Below, piece by piece: positions 35,609 to 46,200 of a DNA stretch of 64,000 nt. The position numbers and the translations under genes are program-made. Under the pieces are notes generated by a model. That model ran no database searches, was not told where the DNA came from, and worked only from the letters and a program-made list of their open reading frames with translations. Numbering within the stretch: position 1 is the stretch's first letter; each line of letters begins with the position of its first letter. Source of the stretch: Patescibacteria group bacterium (GTDB lineage: Bacteria; Patescibacteriota; Microgenomatia; JAMCYU01); contig JAMCYU010000001.1 of assembly GCA_023473585.1 (NCBI GenBank), positions 2,507-66,506 of the forward strand, written 5' to 3'.

Positions 35609-36603
35609 CTTCTTTTATCGGGTCCATAACCTTTGGGGTGAGTCGAGTGCCATTTCCAGGCTGTTTCCACAATCGTTTGCAAGTCAGAATACTTAGGCTC
35701 CCAACCTAATTCTTTTTTGATTTTGGCAGCATCGGCGATCAGTTCCTTGGCATCACCCGGACGCCGACTGCCAAACTTAAGAGGAAAATCTACGCCGCTG
35801 ACTTTTTTAACGATATTAACCACCTCAATATTGGAAAAGCCTATACCTGGCCCGACATTATAAATATGGCTTGACGAATTTTTCATCAAAGAATCAAGGG
35901 CTAGAAGATGAGCCTCACAAAGATCAATAACATGAATATAATCTCTGATGCAGGTTCCGTCTTTCGTTTCATAGTCATTCCCGTAAATCGTAAACTCTCT
36001 GTTTTCCAGGGCCGCCTTAACGGCCAGCGGAATAAGATGCGTCTCTTCCTGATGGTCTTCGCCAAATTGTCCGTCCAGACTCGCTCCGGCGGCGTTAAAG
36101 TAACGTAGAGAAACAGAACGCAGGTTAAACAATTGATCATACCAGGCAAGGATTTTTTCCACCATTAACTTTGACTCGCCATAAGGATTCGTCGGTTCTT
36201 GAGGATCATTCTCGCTAATGGGGATTCTCGTCGGATTGCCATAAACTCCGGCAGAAGAGGAAAAAATTAACCTTAAGACGCCGGATTTAACCATCGCTTC
36301 GATGAGATTTAAGGCTCCGTAAGTATTTGTGTAAAAATATTTATAGGGGTTTTGCATTGATTCCTTCATGGAAATAACCCCGGCAAAGTGCATAACGGCA
36401 TCAAATCTATTTTCAGAAAATAATTTAAACAAACAGTTTTGATCATTAACGTCACCAGTAATGAGTGGAATAGTTGATGGGAGAGTTTTTCGATGTCCTT
36501 CTTTAAGATTGTCTAAAACAACAACTTTGTGATTCTTTTCAAATAATTGCCTTACCATTTGACTACCAATATAACCGGCTCCTCCTGTGACTAAAATTTT
36601 CAT
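35605..36603 (-). CDS. galE: UDP-glucose 4-epimerase
   Basis: TGGAGYIGS, HFAG, FSSSAGVYG, YGESK, LRYFNAAGA, THLIP, DGTCIRDYIHV. Confidence 0.93.
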   Translation of the reverse strand: MKILVTGGAGYIGSQMVRQLFEKNHKVVVLDNLKEGHRKTLPSTIPLITGDVNDQNCLFKLFSENRFDAVMHFAGVISMKESMQNPYKYFYTNTYGALNLIEAMVKSGVLRLIFSSSAGVYGNPTRIPISENDPQEPTNPYGESKLMVEKILAWYDQLFNLRSVSLRYFNAAGASLDGQFGEDHQEETHLIPLAVKAALENREFTIYGNDYETKDGTCIRDYIHVIDLCEAHLLALDSLMKNSSSHIYNVGPGIGFSNIEVVNIVKKVSGVDFPLKFGSRRPGDAKELIADAAKIKKELGWEPKYSDLQTIVETAWKWHSTHPKGYGPDKRR

Positions 36604-36827
36604 TCTTTTCTCCTTCTTTTAATTTCGACTAATTGTAGGGTAATACTTAAGACGAAAAAAGCCGCGGCGTAGATGACGAATCTTTGAGCGGTAAAAAAAA
36701 CCCAAAGTGCAAAAAGCGGCATGGCTAAAATTAAAAAAAGCAGGCCCAAACCGGCAGCCAATCGTCCGCTTCTTATAAAGAAAGCCGAAAACAGAAGAAT
36801 GAGAAAGCCGATATCTTGAATTTTCAT
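36600..36827 (-). CDS. Small hydrophobic membrane protein
   Basis: 75 aa from MKIQDIG, 2-3 TM, ATGA-coupled to galE. Confidence 0.7.
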   Translation of the reverse strand: MKIQDIGFLILLFSAFFIRSGRLAAGLGLLFLILAMPLFALWVFFTAQRFVIYAAAFFVLSITLQLVEIKRRRKE

Positions 36828-36852
36828 GATCCTAACCCTTATTATAGAGGAA

Positions 36853-38253
36853 ATGAGCCGGTTAAACAAAAACGCGACGAAACTGATTATTGTTTGGATT
36901 CTTCTCTTGTCTATCCTCTATTCTCTGCTTTCAATTCTACGCCACAATCATTTTCAATCCGGCGGCTTTGATCTGGGCCTCTATGATCAGACTGTTTGGC
37001 AATATTCTAAGTTTTTAACTCCCTACAACACGATTAAGGAACGTTTTATCCTGGGAGACCACTTAACCCTGACCTTACCCTTACTTGCTCCCTTGTTCTT
37101 TGTCTGGGACGACGTTAGAATTTTGCTTGTCTTCCAGGCTTTTTGGATAAGTTTTTCTACCTTAGCTATCTATAAGCTCTGTTTAAAACGCGGTTTGTCT
37201 CCTTTTGCCTCACTTAATTTGAGTTTCATTTATAGTCTTTTTTATGGGATACAGTTTGCCATCTTTTTTGATTTTCATCCTGTAATTATCGGAGTAGGAC
37301 TGATTGCCTGGTTAGTATATTTTTTAGAAAGCCATCAATCTAAATTGTTTGCAGTCACCCTTGTTCTTCTTCTTTTAACCCAGGAAAATATGGGTCTTGC
37401 TCTTACCTCCTTGGGCTTAATTTATCTTTTCCGGCAAAAATATCGGTCTTTAGCTATAACTTTTATTTTTGGCGGTCTTCTTTGGAGTTTATTAGCCACG
37501 AAAATCGTCGCTTTCTTTTCCCCTGTCGGCTTTCAGTATACACCGGAATTTGTCTTCAATCCCCTAAAAATTCTAGGCGGTTTTTTTGACTCAGAAGAAA
37601 AAAGGCTTGTCTGGATTTATTCTTTTAGCTGGTTTGCTTTTCTTCCGCTGCTTTCTTTGGGTTCATTCCTGGCCGTCTCTTTTGATCTGGCGCAATATTT
37701 TGTTACCGGCCAGGAATTTGCCCGCATGTGGAGCCCATACATGCATCACCGGGCGATCTTGGCGCCATATTTAGTTTTGGGAGTTTTAGAAACCATGGAG
37801 GTTTTTAAAAGGAAAGGGGTAAATCTTGAGAAAATTTCTGTTTTTTTAGTTATTATTAGCCTGGGCTTACAATATTTTCTCCATTTTCCCCTAAACAAAC
37901 TGACAAAACCCATTTATTGGCAAGACGAAACATGGATGACGGATAACCAAAAATTATTAAAAAGGATTCCCGATAATGTCAGTCTTGTTGCTCAACAAAA
38001 TCTTATTCCCCACTTATCTCACCGTAAGGAGATCTATTTAGTCTGGCCAAGACAGCATGAGGGCCAATGGTGGCTTGATTTTGGCGGTAAACCGCGATAC
38101 TTAGTCGTTGACCTTCATCCGAATCAGTGGCTGACACAATTATTGGAGAGCAATGAAAATTTTGAAGCGGCGGTTAAAAATATGGAAAGTGCCGGCAGAT
38201 TAACTTTAGTCACCTCGGTCAATAAATCACTCCTTTTCAAAATTAACGATTAA
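36853..38253 (+). CDS. DUF2079-like membrane protein (predicted GT-C fold)
   Basis: RHNHFQSGGFDLGLYDQTVW, LGDH, FDFHP, TQEN, multi-TM. Start is 36853 (GAGG upstream) or 36826. Confidence 0.75.
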   Translation: MSRLNKNATKLIIVWILLLSILYSLLSILRHNHFQSGGFDLGLYDQTVWQYSKFLTPYNTIKERFILGDHLTLTLPLLAPLFFVWDDVRILLVFQAFWISFSTLAIYKLCLKRGLSPFASLNLSFIYSLFYGIQFAIFFDFHPVIIGVGLIAWLVYFLESHQSKLFAVTLVLLLLTQENMGLALTSLGLIYLFRQKYRSLAITFIFGGLLWSLLATKIVAFFSPVGFQYTPEFVFNPLKILGGFFDSEEKRLVWIYSFSWFAFLPLLSLGSFLAVSFDLAQYFVTGQEFARMWSPYMHHRAILAPYLVLGVLETMEVFKRKGVNLEKISVFLVIISLGLQYFLHFPLNKLTKPIYWQDETWMTDNQKLLKRIPDNVSLVAQQNLIPHLSHRKEIYLVWPRQHEGQWWLDFGGKPRYLVVDLHPNQWLTQLLESNENFEAAVKNMESAGRLTLVTSVNKSLLFKIND

Positions 38254-39410
38254 TTCTCTTTAACAAATTCTTTGTATTCGCTCTGAAAAACTTTTTCCCA
38301 TTTATAGTCAGACAATTTATTCTGAAATTTTCTTTTTAAGAAATCTGCGGACAGAATATAATTAGCTACAGATGTCGCGTCTCCTTTTGGGAAAAGAACC
38401 AGTTGTCCGCTCTCGATAAATTTTTTGAAAACGTCGTGATATTCTGGAAGATTATAAGCAATAACCGGTTTATTGATAACCATGGCTTCTAAAACGGCAA
38501 TGGTCATTCCTTCAGCGTAGCTGGGAGATAAGAAAAAATCGCAATTTCTAAAAAGATCGCCCTTTTCTTTGCCTCTTTTATAACCGACAAAAATCATATT
38601 CTTTTCTAACTTGCAAGAACCGACCTTGTCTTTCAACGGTTTCTTATGATAAGAGGCTCCGTCACCCATAATCCCTAAAGTGAAATTTTTTCTTCGCCTA
38701 ACTATTTTTTTCATGATTTCCGCTAAGTCAAAAATTCCTTTGGCCGGGTGGAGTCTGGCCCCAAATAAAGCGTTAAACTTTGGGGTTTTTCCGGAAATTT
38801 TTCCACTAAAAATTTCCGGTTCGATGCCATAATAATCATTTGTTTTAATTACTTTTATTCCCCTTTTTTCATAATATTTTTTAAGATAATTAGGAACGAC
38901 AAAAATGGCATCGGTCTTTTTGAGAAGGAAATTTGAAAATAAAAAAGCAAGATATGGGACGGTTTTTAAGAAAAGACTACCGGGTCTTTCCTGTGGTTTA
39001 GGAACGGTATTGTCAACGTTAACATACCAACGTATTTTTTTATTTAACATTTTTATTAAAAAGGGAATAAAGATTAAATCCAAAGTTGATGACAGTGAAT
39101 AAATAATGTCAACACTTCCTTTGACTTCAAAAATCAAAGGAAGGGCCAGAATATTGACCTTTAAAAAATCTGTGATGGCAGAATAATATTCCTTGCTTTT
39201 CCATTTGAAAGAAAAGGTATGGTAAGTAATTTGTTTTACCTGGCTTTGATAAAATCGCTGCGCCTCCGACGAACAAAGAAGAGAAACTGCTAGGTCTCTT
39301 TTTTGCCAATACTTTATTCTTAAAATCATAGGAACGCGATTAACGCCCTTTGAATAGCTGGGGTCGCAAACCAATATTCGCAAATGTTTCTTTGGAAAAT
39401 TCTTTTTCAT
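38250..39410 (-). CDS. Divergent GT4 glycosyltransferase
   Basis: GARLHPAKG, SPSYAEGMTIAVLEAM (Ex7E); paralog of 50651..51787. Confidence 0.82.
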   Translation of the reverse strand: MKKNFPKKHLRILVCDPSYSKGVNRVPMILRIKYWQKRDLAVSLLCSSEAQRFYQSQVKQITYHTFSFKWKSKEYYSAITDFLKVNILALPLIFEVKGSVDIIYSLSSTLDLIFIPFLIKMLNKKIRWYVNVDNTVPKPQERPGSLFLKTVPYLAFLFSNFLLKKTDAIFVVPNYLKKYYEKRGIKVIKTNDYYGIEPEIFSGKISGKTPKFNALFGARLHPAKGIFDLAEIMKKIVRRRKNFTLGIMGDGASYHKKPLKDKVGSCKLEKNMIFVGYKRGKEKGDLFRNCDFFLSPSYAEGMTIAVLEAMVINKPVIAYNLPEYHDVFKKFIESGQLVLFPKGDATSVANYILSADFLKRKFQNKLSDYKWEKVFQSEYKEFVKEN

Positions 39411-40858
39411 GATTTTATCAATAAACTCTTAAGACTTTTACTAATTATTCTTTTCATTAAAAAAATATCTGGTAAAACCGTTTTAAAATAAAATTTCATA
39501 TTTTGTAATAAGGCTGATTTCTCCATCTGATAAATTATCTTAAGATATTTTTTATGATAACGATATTTCGTATTTAAAAATATCCTGTCCTTTAAAAAAT
39601 CCGGTGGGTCTTTTTTAAAAAAATCAAGAAGATTTAAAGAAGGAAGTTGCACGAATAATTGACTGTATTCAATCTTGTCACTTAACAGTTTGTTTTCTTT
39701 TGAGTATTCCCAGATTTTCGTGCCCGGATAGGGTGTTAAAATATAGATATGGGTATTGTCCAAGGGGTATTTTTTCATAAACTCATAGGTTTTTTTAAGA
39801 TCGGCTAATGTTTCGCCTGGGGTTCCCACAATATACCCACTGCTACTGGTTAAATTATATTTTCGACAAAGAGTTACGGCTCTTTTATTATCGGCAACGG
39901 TGACGGAATTTTGCTTTAAATAATTTAAAATTCTTTCGGAGCCACTTTCTAATCCAAAGATTAATCGCTTAACGTTCATTTTTTTTAAAATTAAACAAAT
40001 TCTTTCATTAATAAGATTCGCCCTGGCATAACCAAAAAAGGTTAGCTTTTTATTTAAGCCATTTTTCTCTATTAATTCCGCCAATTTTTTAACGCGTTCT
40101 TCCGGAGCTATAAAAAGGTCATCCCAAAACATAATCCCGTCAATTTCATATTTATTTATCAGGTGTTTTATTTCTTTAAGAACGTATTCCGGTGAATGAA
40201 AACGCACTCTTCCCCATTGAACGGGAGAACCGCAAAAGACACAATGATATGGACACCCTCTTGAAGTCATAATCGTCGCCATCCTTCTTACCCCAAAAAG
40301 ATTTATTTGGTCTTTTAAATAAAATTCTTCCATGGGCACTAGTTCTCTGGCCGGAAATGGTAATTCGTCTATATTTTCTATCAACTCCCTTTTCCCAGTT
40401 TTAAATATCTTTGCGTTTTTGAGAAAAATAACGCCTTTTATCTTTTCTATTTTTTTTAAGGGAAACTTGTGATCCTTCTTATAAATCTCGATAAGCTCAA
40501 GAAGGGTTTTTTCCCCTTCACCGATAACGCCTAAATCAAAAACGGGGTCAAAAGATTCGGGTGAAGCGGAAATATGAATACCGCCAATAAATAAAAAAGC
40601 TTTTACTCTTTTCTTGATTTCTTTTGCGCTCTCTAGAGTTTTTTCAAACATCAAAGTGTCGCTCGTAAAGCCGATAATATCCGCGTTAGCCCTAATTATT
40701 TCAGGGATGGGGTTTTCTCCTTCAATAATCTTAACTTTTACCTCTGGTGATTTTTGCTTAATATGGGCAGCAAGAGATAAAAGACCAAAGTGAGGAGATT
40801 GAGCCGGAAACTTCCAAAAGTTTACAAGCAACAGCAAAATTTTAGTCTTTTTTTTCAT
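39407..40858 (-). CDS. Cobalamin-binding radical SAM protein (class B methyltransferase-like)
   Basis: B12-binding N-domain (PHFGLLSLAA, GGIHIS, GEGE), TSRGCPYHCVFC (CxxxCxxC), GLESGS, PYPGT. Confidence 0.9.
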   Translation of the reverse strand: MKKKTKILLLLVNFWKFPAQSPHFGLLSLAAHIKQKSPEVKVKIIEGENPIPEIIRANADIIGFTSDTLMFEKTLESAKEIKKRVKAFLFIGGIHISASPESFDPVFDLGVIGEGEKTLLELIEIYKKDHKFPLKKIEKIKGVIFLKNAKIFKTGKRELIENIDELPFPARELVPMEEFYLKDQINLFGVRRMATIMTSRGCPYHCVFCGSPVQWGRVRFHSPEYVLKEIKHLINKYEIDGIMFWDDLFIAPEERVKKLAELIEKNGLNKKLTFFGYARANLINERICLILKKMNVKRLIFGLESGSERILNYLKQNSVTVADNKRAVTLCRKYNLTSSSGYIVGTPGETLADLKKTYEFMKKYPLDNTHIYILTPYPGTKIWEYSKENKLLSDKIEYSQLFVQLPSLNLLDFFKKDPPDFLKDRIFLNTKYRYHKKYLKIIYQMEKSALLQNMKFYFKTVLPDIFLMKRIISKSLKSLLIKS

Positions 40859-42902
40859 TTCTTTGGCCGGATAAAATGATGAGGGTTACCGCAGATATCA
40901 ATAATGTCAAAACAGTAATGGCCATGCCAAAAGAAAGATATTTTTGAGATGAATATTCCACGATAATATTTTTGTTTTTGTTTTCGTCAATTTTAAAACT
41001 ATTAAATCGATCATAAATTTTTTGCGATTTAATCTCTTTTCCATCGATCTTAACTTTCCATTGAGGATCATAATTTTCCGAAAAACCTAAAACTACGGGC
41101 TTATTGAAATTTTTAATCGTTACCAAATATTGCGTCGGATTAATCATCCGCCATTCTATAGAGCCATCCTCTTGCGTTAAGTTTTCTAACCAAAAACGGT
41201 CGGTAAAATTTTGCGTTTCATAAACAGCGCTTTTTTCAAATGTTTTTACCTTCCGAAAAGAAATAATTTTATCAAGACTTTTTTCCAGTTGGACTCGTGT
41301 GACGGAATCGTATTGTCTATCCTTGATAAAAAGCTCTTCCTCACTATCGTACGGCAGAATTACGTATTTTACTCCGGATAAAAAAAGTTCTCTTTCTCCT
41401 TCTTTGGTCTTTAATTTATCTACCACCGAAGAAGCGTTTTCTAAATTAAAAAAATAAAGACCGTCAATGGCTGGATGATTATCAGAGTAAAAAGCAAAAC
41501 GCTGTTTCTGTGGAATCCAAAAGGTTCTAAAAAAACCAGGTTGATCATTAATAAAATTCTTTAAGTCAACATATTCTCGTGGAATGATTTTGGGCTTAAA
41601 AGTCCCGTTCAATTCTCCGCTCCAGGCTGGTTTGATTAAAAGCAGCAAGCAGCAAGCCACAAGCAGCAAGAATAAACTTGGTATGTATTTTTTAAATTTT
41701 AACCATTCATATATTTTCCAAGTGCTGTATGGAATCAAAACGCTATAGGAAAGAGCCACGAGCGTATAAAATTTAGTCGAGTCCCTAAACATCACCATGC
41801 CCGGAAGATAGTTAAACAAACCTAAATAAATCTCACCGAATGGCCAATTACTGCCCTTGGCTAAAAACGCACCCGCCAGTCCCAAAATTACAAAAAATAT
41901 TATTACCGACTCGCTATCTGATCGAAAAGTCGTTTGTTTCTCTTCGCAGTTTTGAATTTTAACCTGTACTTTTGACTTTTGCTTCGTGACTTTTGACTTA
42001 TTAACAAAAAGCAAACTACTAAAGGCTAATATTGGTATAAAAAGGAACTCCCATTTCATAAAGTAACTCTTTCCGAAAATATTCTCTGGCCAGTTGGGAT
42101 GCAAAAGTGAAAGAGTGTTTTCAAGTTTGGCAAAGCTAAAAAAATTCACCGCGTCGCTGCTTGTATGCGCCAAAGACATTGAACCGGCAGGATTTTCAAA
42201 ATTAAAAAGAAAAGGCAGTAACCAAAAACCGTGGATACCCAAAATAATCAGTCCCGCCATTACTAAGAAAATGATTATTTTTTTGTAATTTTGCAAAAAT
42301 TGTCCGTAGAAAAAAAGACTGTAAAAAATTAAAAGACCCATCCCCAAATAGGCGATGCGAAAATCCCAGGCGACAAGGAGAGCAAGGATTAAGCCAAAGA
42401 TAATCGCTTTCTTTGCCGATGCTTTTTCCCAAAAACTAACAAAGACGGCCAGAGTTAACGGGATTAAAAGATAAGCCAAGACAACCGTTAATTGCCCGCC
42501 GCCCATAATCATTAAAAAATAGCTGTTAAGAAAAAAGATAAAAGAGGAAAGAAAGAAGAATTTTCTGGGAAAAAGCTTCAGTTGCCCGGCTAAAATTGCC
42601 GGGAAAAGAAGTCCGGAGAGAACAATGGGGAAAAACCATAATATCCTTTCTATTGTCGAATAAGAAAAAAATTTCCCTAAAAAACCCAAAGGGACGTTGT
42701 AAAAATATACACCCTGAAACAGCAAGGAGTTTCCTCCAAGCCCGGCATTTCTAAATGTCTCCCAAGAAAAGGGTAAATTAAAATATCCCACTATTTGCTC
42801 CGGATAAAAAAAACTCCAATCACCGGCCGTAATTAAACCACCAAAAAACCAATTCTTAAAAACAAAGAAAATAACAACCAATAATGCTAAAAACCCCATC
42901 AT
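40842..42902 (-). CDS. Multi-pass membrane protein, AftD/DUF3367/YfhO-like (GT-C candidate)
   Basis: TAGD early loop, about 13 TM, FWLLP, LAKGSNWPFGEIY, FRDSTKF, extracellular domain with SENYDPQW, C-terminal TM. Confidence 0.6.
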   Translation of the reverse strand: MMGFLALLVVIFFVFKNWFFGGLITAGDWSFFYPEQIVGYFNLPFSWETFRNAGLGGNSLLFQGVYFYNVPLGFLGKFFSYSTIERILWFFPIVLSGLLFPAILAGQLKLFPRKFFFLSSFIFFLNSYFLMIMGGGQLTVVLAYLLIPLTLAVFVSFWEKASAKKAIIFGLILALLVAWDFRIAYLGMGLLIFYSLFFYGQFLQNYKKIIIFLVMAGLIILGIHGFWLLPFLFNFENPAGSMSLAHTSSDAVNFFSFAKLENTLSLLHPNWPENIFGKSYFMKWEFLFIPILAFSSLLFVNKSKVTKQKSKVQVKIQNCEEKQTTFRSDSESVIIFFVILGLAGAFLAKGSNWPFGEIYLGLFNYLPGMVMFRDSTKFYTLVALSYSVLIPYSTWKIYEWLKFKKYIPSLFLLLVACCLLLLIKPAWSGELNGTFKPKIIPREYVDLKNFINDQPGFFRTFWIPQKQRFAFYSDNHPAIDGLYFFNLENASSVVDKLKTKEGERELFLSGVKYVILPYDSEEELFIKDRQYDSVTRVQLEKSLDKIISFRKVKTFEKSAVYETQNFTDRFWLENLTQEDGSIEWRMINPTQYLVTIKNFNKPVVLGFSENYDPQWKVKIDGKEIKSQKIYDRFNSFKIDENKNKNIIVEYSSQKYLSFGMAITVLTLLISAVTLIILSGQRNEKKD
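41641..41675. repeat. In-frame heptamer repeat
   Basis: + strand AGCAGCA AGCAGCA AGCCACA AGCAGCA AGAATAA; encodes LFLLLVACCLLL. Confidence 0.7.
41949..42000. repeat. Degenerate heptamer array (CTTTTGA-type) encoding a basic loop insert
   Basis: Coding strand TAAGTCA AAAGTCA CGAAGCA AAAGTCA AAAGTAC AGGTTAA AATTCAA; encodes KSKVTKQKSKVQVKIQN between two TM helices. Confidence 0.7.
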
Positions 42903-43246
42903 TTTTTTAACTTATTTCTCGCTTCCAAATAAAAATATTGCCACAGACCAAGACAAATAAAAAGAAATTCCCAAACGCTAAAGCGCTCAGCAAAAATCAT
43001 ATTTTTAAAAAGAAAAAACGGCACGGTCAAAATTAAACAAAGTAAGGCAAGGAAAAAGAAAAACTTTTCGCTGATTTTATAAATTACGCCAATTAATATC
43101 CAATAAAAAAGCAAAACCAGAAGAGCTTGCGAGTCAACGCTTGGATAAAAAGAAAGGTTAACGATAAGACCGCCAAGGCCCAGGGAAACAGCTAGTAATC
43201 GGTATTGACCAAGTTTTTCCTTAATCACTTTAAAAGTCTGTCTCAT
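42899..43246 (-). CDS. Small membrane protein (about 4 TM)
   Basis: 115-aa hydrophobic ORF, ATGA-coupled on both sides. Confidence 0.7.
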   Translation of the reverse strand: MRQTFKVIKEKLGQYRLLAVSLGLGGLIVNLSFYPSVDSQALLVLLFYWILIGVIYKISEKFFFFLALLCLILTVPFFLFKNMIFAERFSVWEFLFICLGLWQYFYLEARNKLKK

Positions 43247-46200
43247 TTCTTCCTCCTTTTAATTAATTGTAGTAAAGAAATCAAGCTTATTACCAGAAAG
43301 GCGACAAGAGAAACAATAATTCCCCACACAAACCATTTTTGAGGTTGGTATTCAATCGTTAATTCCCTGTCTTGGTTACTACTTTCAAGATACCACGCAT
43401 TAGCATAGCCGTTAACTAAATAATGATTCTTGTCCGTTAAAGATTTTTGACCATCATAGATTTTCCATCCCTGGTCATAGCTTTGAGAAAGAATTAGATA
43501 AAAAGGTTCGTTTGTTTTAAGAAGAGAAATTTTGTACTTGACCGGGCTTATTTTCGTGGATTCTAAAATAAGTCCCCCCGATAAATCTTCCTTTTTAATT
43601 TTGGACGCAAGAACAAGTTTGGGCAAGTAAACTTTGGTCAATTCAATATTATCAACTAAAACTTTGCCATCTTGAGAATATAAATAAATAAACGCCCCTA
43701 AACTTTCCCTGTCGGCTCTTAAAAGAACCTGATAGTTTTCAATTTTATCTAGTTGATCTCTTAAAAGAACAGTATCGGTCGGCAACCAGTCCCCAGCTAA
43801 TCTGTCAAAGAGATTTTTTCTTTCTTTAATAAGAAGGTTTAATTTTGAATCTTCCTTTAGTTTTTTAAAATTGATTTTTAAAAGATATAATTGATTTGGC
43901 TGCCAATCGCTTATTTCCTGAAGACTTATGGAAATTTCTTTTGGCAGATTGAGGTTTTCGTTAAGATTTTCAAAAAGCAGGCTGTTTAACTTATTACTGA
44001 TTAAATAGTTAGTGTTATAAAATTGCCATTTTTTCGGATCAAGCAAATTAACCGCTTGTCCCAAGTGTACCTTAAAAACGTTTGTTTTGGGTTCAAGTGT
44101 AAAGGTTCCCAAATCTTGTTTATTGATCTCTCCAAAAGAACTATTATTAAGGAAAAATTCTTTTTTCCCTTGGGAAAGAAAAAAAGATTGGTTATTACCA
44201 AAGTCAAGAGAAGCTTCGTATTGACCGAAAACCGGTGTTTTGATTTCGTATTCTAATTGAGAAAATTGTAAAGTAGGCTGAGAAAATTGTAAAGTAGGCA
44301 AAGCATTATTTGGTTTTATTTCTTTTAAGCTTTTAAACGCTTCTCTCCAGGAAGATAATTTTTCTTTATTCCAAAAAGCCGTAGTTTGGCTTAATTTCTC
44401 TATTTTTTCCTGATGCCTGTCTAAATATTCAACAACCAGTTCTAAATTGTCACGTTGATTCCCAAAGTCACCCGATAATTCGATCGCCTTATTTATTTTT
44501 TGTCCGTATCTTTTAAGATTGTCTTGCCACCACTGATTTTGCACTCCCCATTTTATTATCTCGCTTATTCTTTTCGTGGCGTAAAATAATTCTTTATCAA
44601 AAAGTTTCTTCTTATTTTTGACATTAATTTCTTCTTCTTTTTGCTCTTTTAACAAAACAATCTTGTAAAAAAAAGAGCCGGGATTAATTCTTACATAAGG
44701 ATAGAAAACCTCACCAAGATAATTTTCCTGTCCCAAGAAAAGCCGATAATAATTTCTTCCCTTCATATCGAAAGCGGCGTTTCTTGAAGAGCTTTCTATA
44801 ATGACGGAATTTGCGTCTTTCAAAAATTGCGTGTTCTTATCTTGGTCATCGCCTTCCTGATAAACCATGACTTCCTGTTTACGACTTAGTTTTGAGGCCG
44901 CTAAGAAAAGATTATTTTTGTTTCCTTGAAAATAAACAAGCTGTTTGGGTATGTAAATTGGGGGGGTCTGACAAGATGGTTCTACTTTAGTTAAATTGAA
45001 ATAATTATTGTTGATTAAATTTTCTCCCGGAAACGGCAACTGTCTTGTCTTCTCTTGCCCGGCTGCGTCTTTTTCCTCAACGACGTAACCGATATTGTAA
45101 AGAGAGGAAAAAAGACAAGCCTCTTGAGACGAAAAGCTCTCGGGGCTGGAAGGCAAATTCACGCCGCTGGTATGAATTAACGGTTTTTTAGTAAGCCAGC
45201 TTAAGATTGATTGACCGCTATAAAACCAATTTTTATGGACATAACCGTCGTTTAAAGGTAAAGACAAGACTTTATTGTCATCTTTTAACCCGTCAAGTTT
45301 ATCTCCTAATTGGAAATATTCGTTTGGAAGAGAAATCCCCTTTTGTTGAGAACCGCCACCAAAGGAATATTCCAATTTATAGCCTAAATAAATGGGGTGG
45401 AAAATTAAAAGATTGACTATTAATAAACCTATAAAGCCGTATTTCCATTTTTGCGATAAATAATAAGCGCAAATTGTTAAAAAGAAAGAGTAAAAAACAG
45501 CGCCGGCGATGATAACCGTTGAGGTGGTTCTAAAGAGCTTAAAAACCGGAATTTTAGTAAGCATTAATCTGTAAACCTCACCAAAAGGAGGATTCGGTCC
45601 TTTGGCAATGAAGATAAGAATGACTAAGGGAACTAAAAGAAAAAAAATAATTGTTTTCGCTTTTTTATCTTTAATAAAAATTGTTGTCAAAAGAGCGAAC
45701 AACCACAAAGAAAAAGTCCAAACAACAAAAATCGGGTTTGATAAAAATTGGCCAAGATTAGACTTCTTATCAATCAAATTAGAATTAAAAAATCTCATCG
45801 TGAAAGGAAGTGCGGCCGAATAAAGATCCGCGTTTCCGTCATAAACGGTAACCTCTTTTGAATATTGACCATAAATTCCCTTTGCTCCCAAAGTATCGTT
45901 AACGAAAGGAAGAAAAACAAAAGCGTTTAAAAGCAAGGTTAAAATCGATAAAAGAAAAAGTCTTTGAAAAAGTTTTATAACTGAAATTTTTTGAATATAA
46001 CCATAAGCTAAAACGAGGAAAAAGGCAGCCATACAAAAGGTAATTAAAAGTTTTGCCTGGGGAAGATCGGGAAAAAAAGAAATATTAACAAAAAACGAAA
46101 ACGGCAAAATATAAAAGGTTTTTTTGGTTTCAAGAAATTTTAAAAGAAAAAAAAGACAAATCGGAAAACCATATAGGGGAAGGGTCCCTACTAAAACGAG

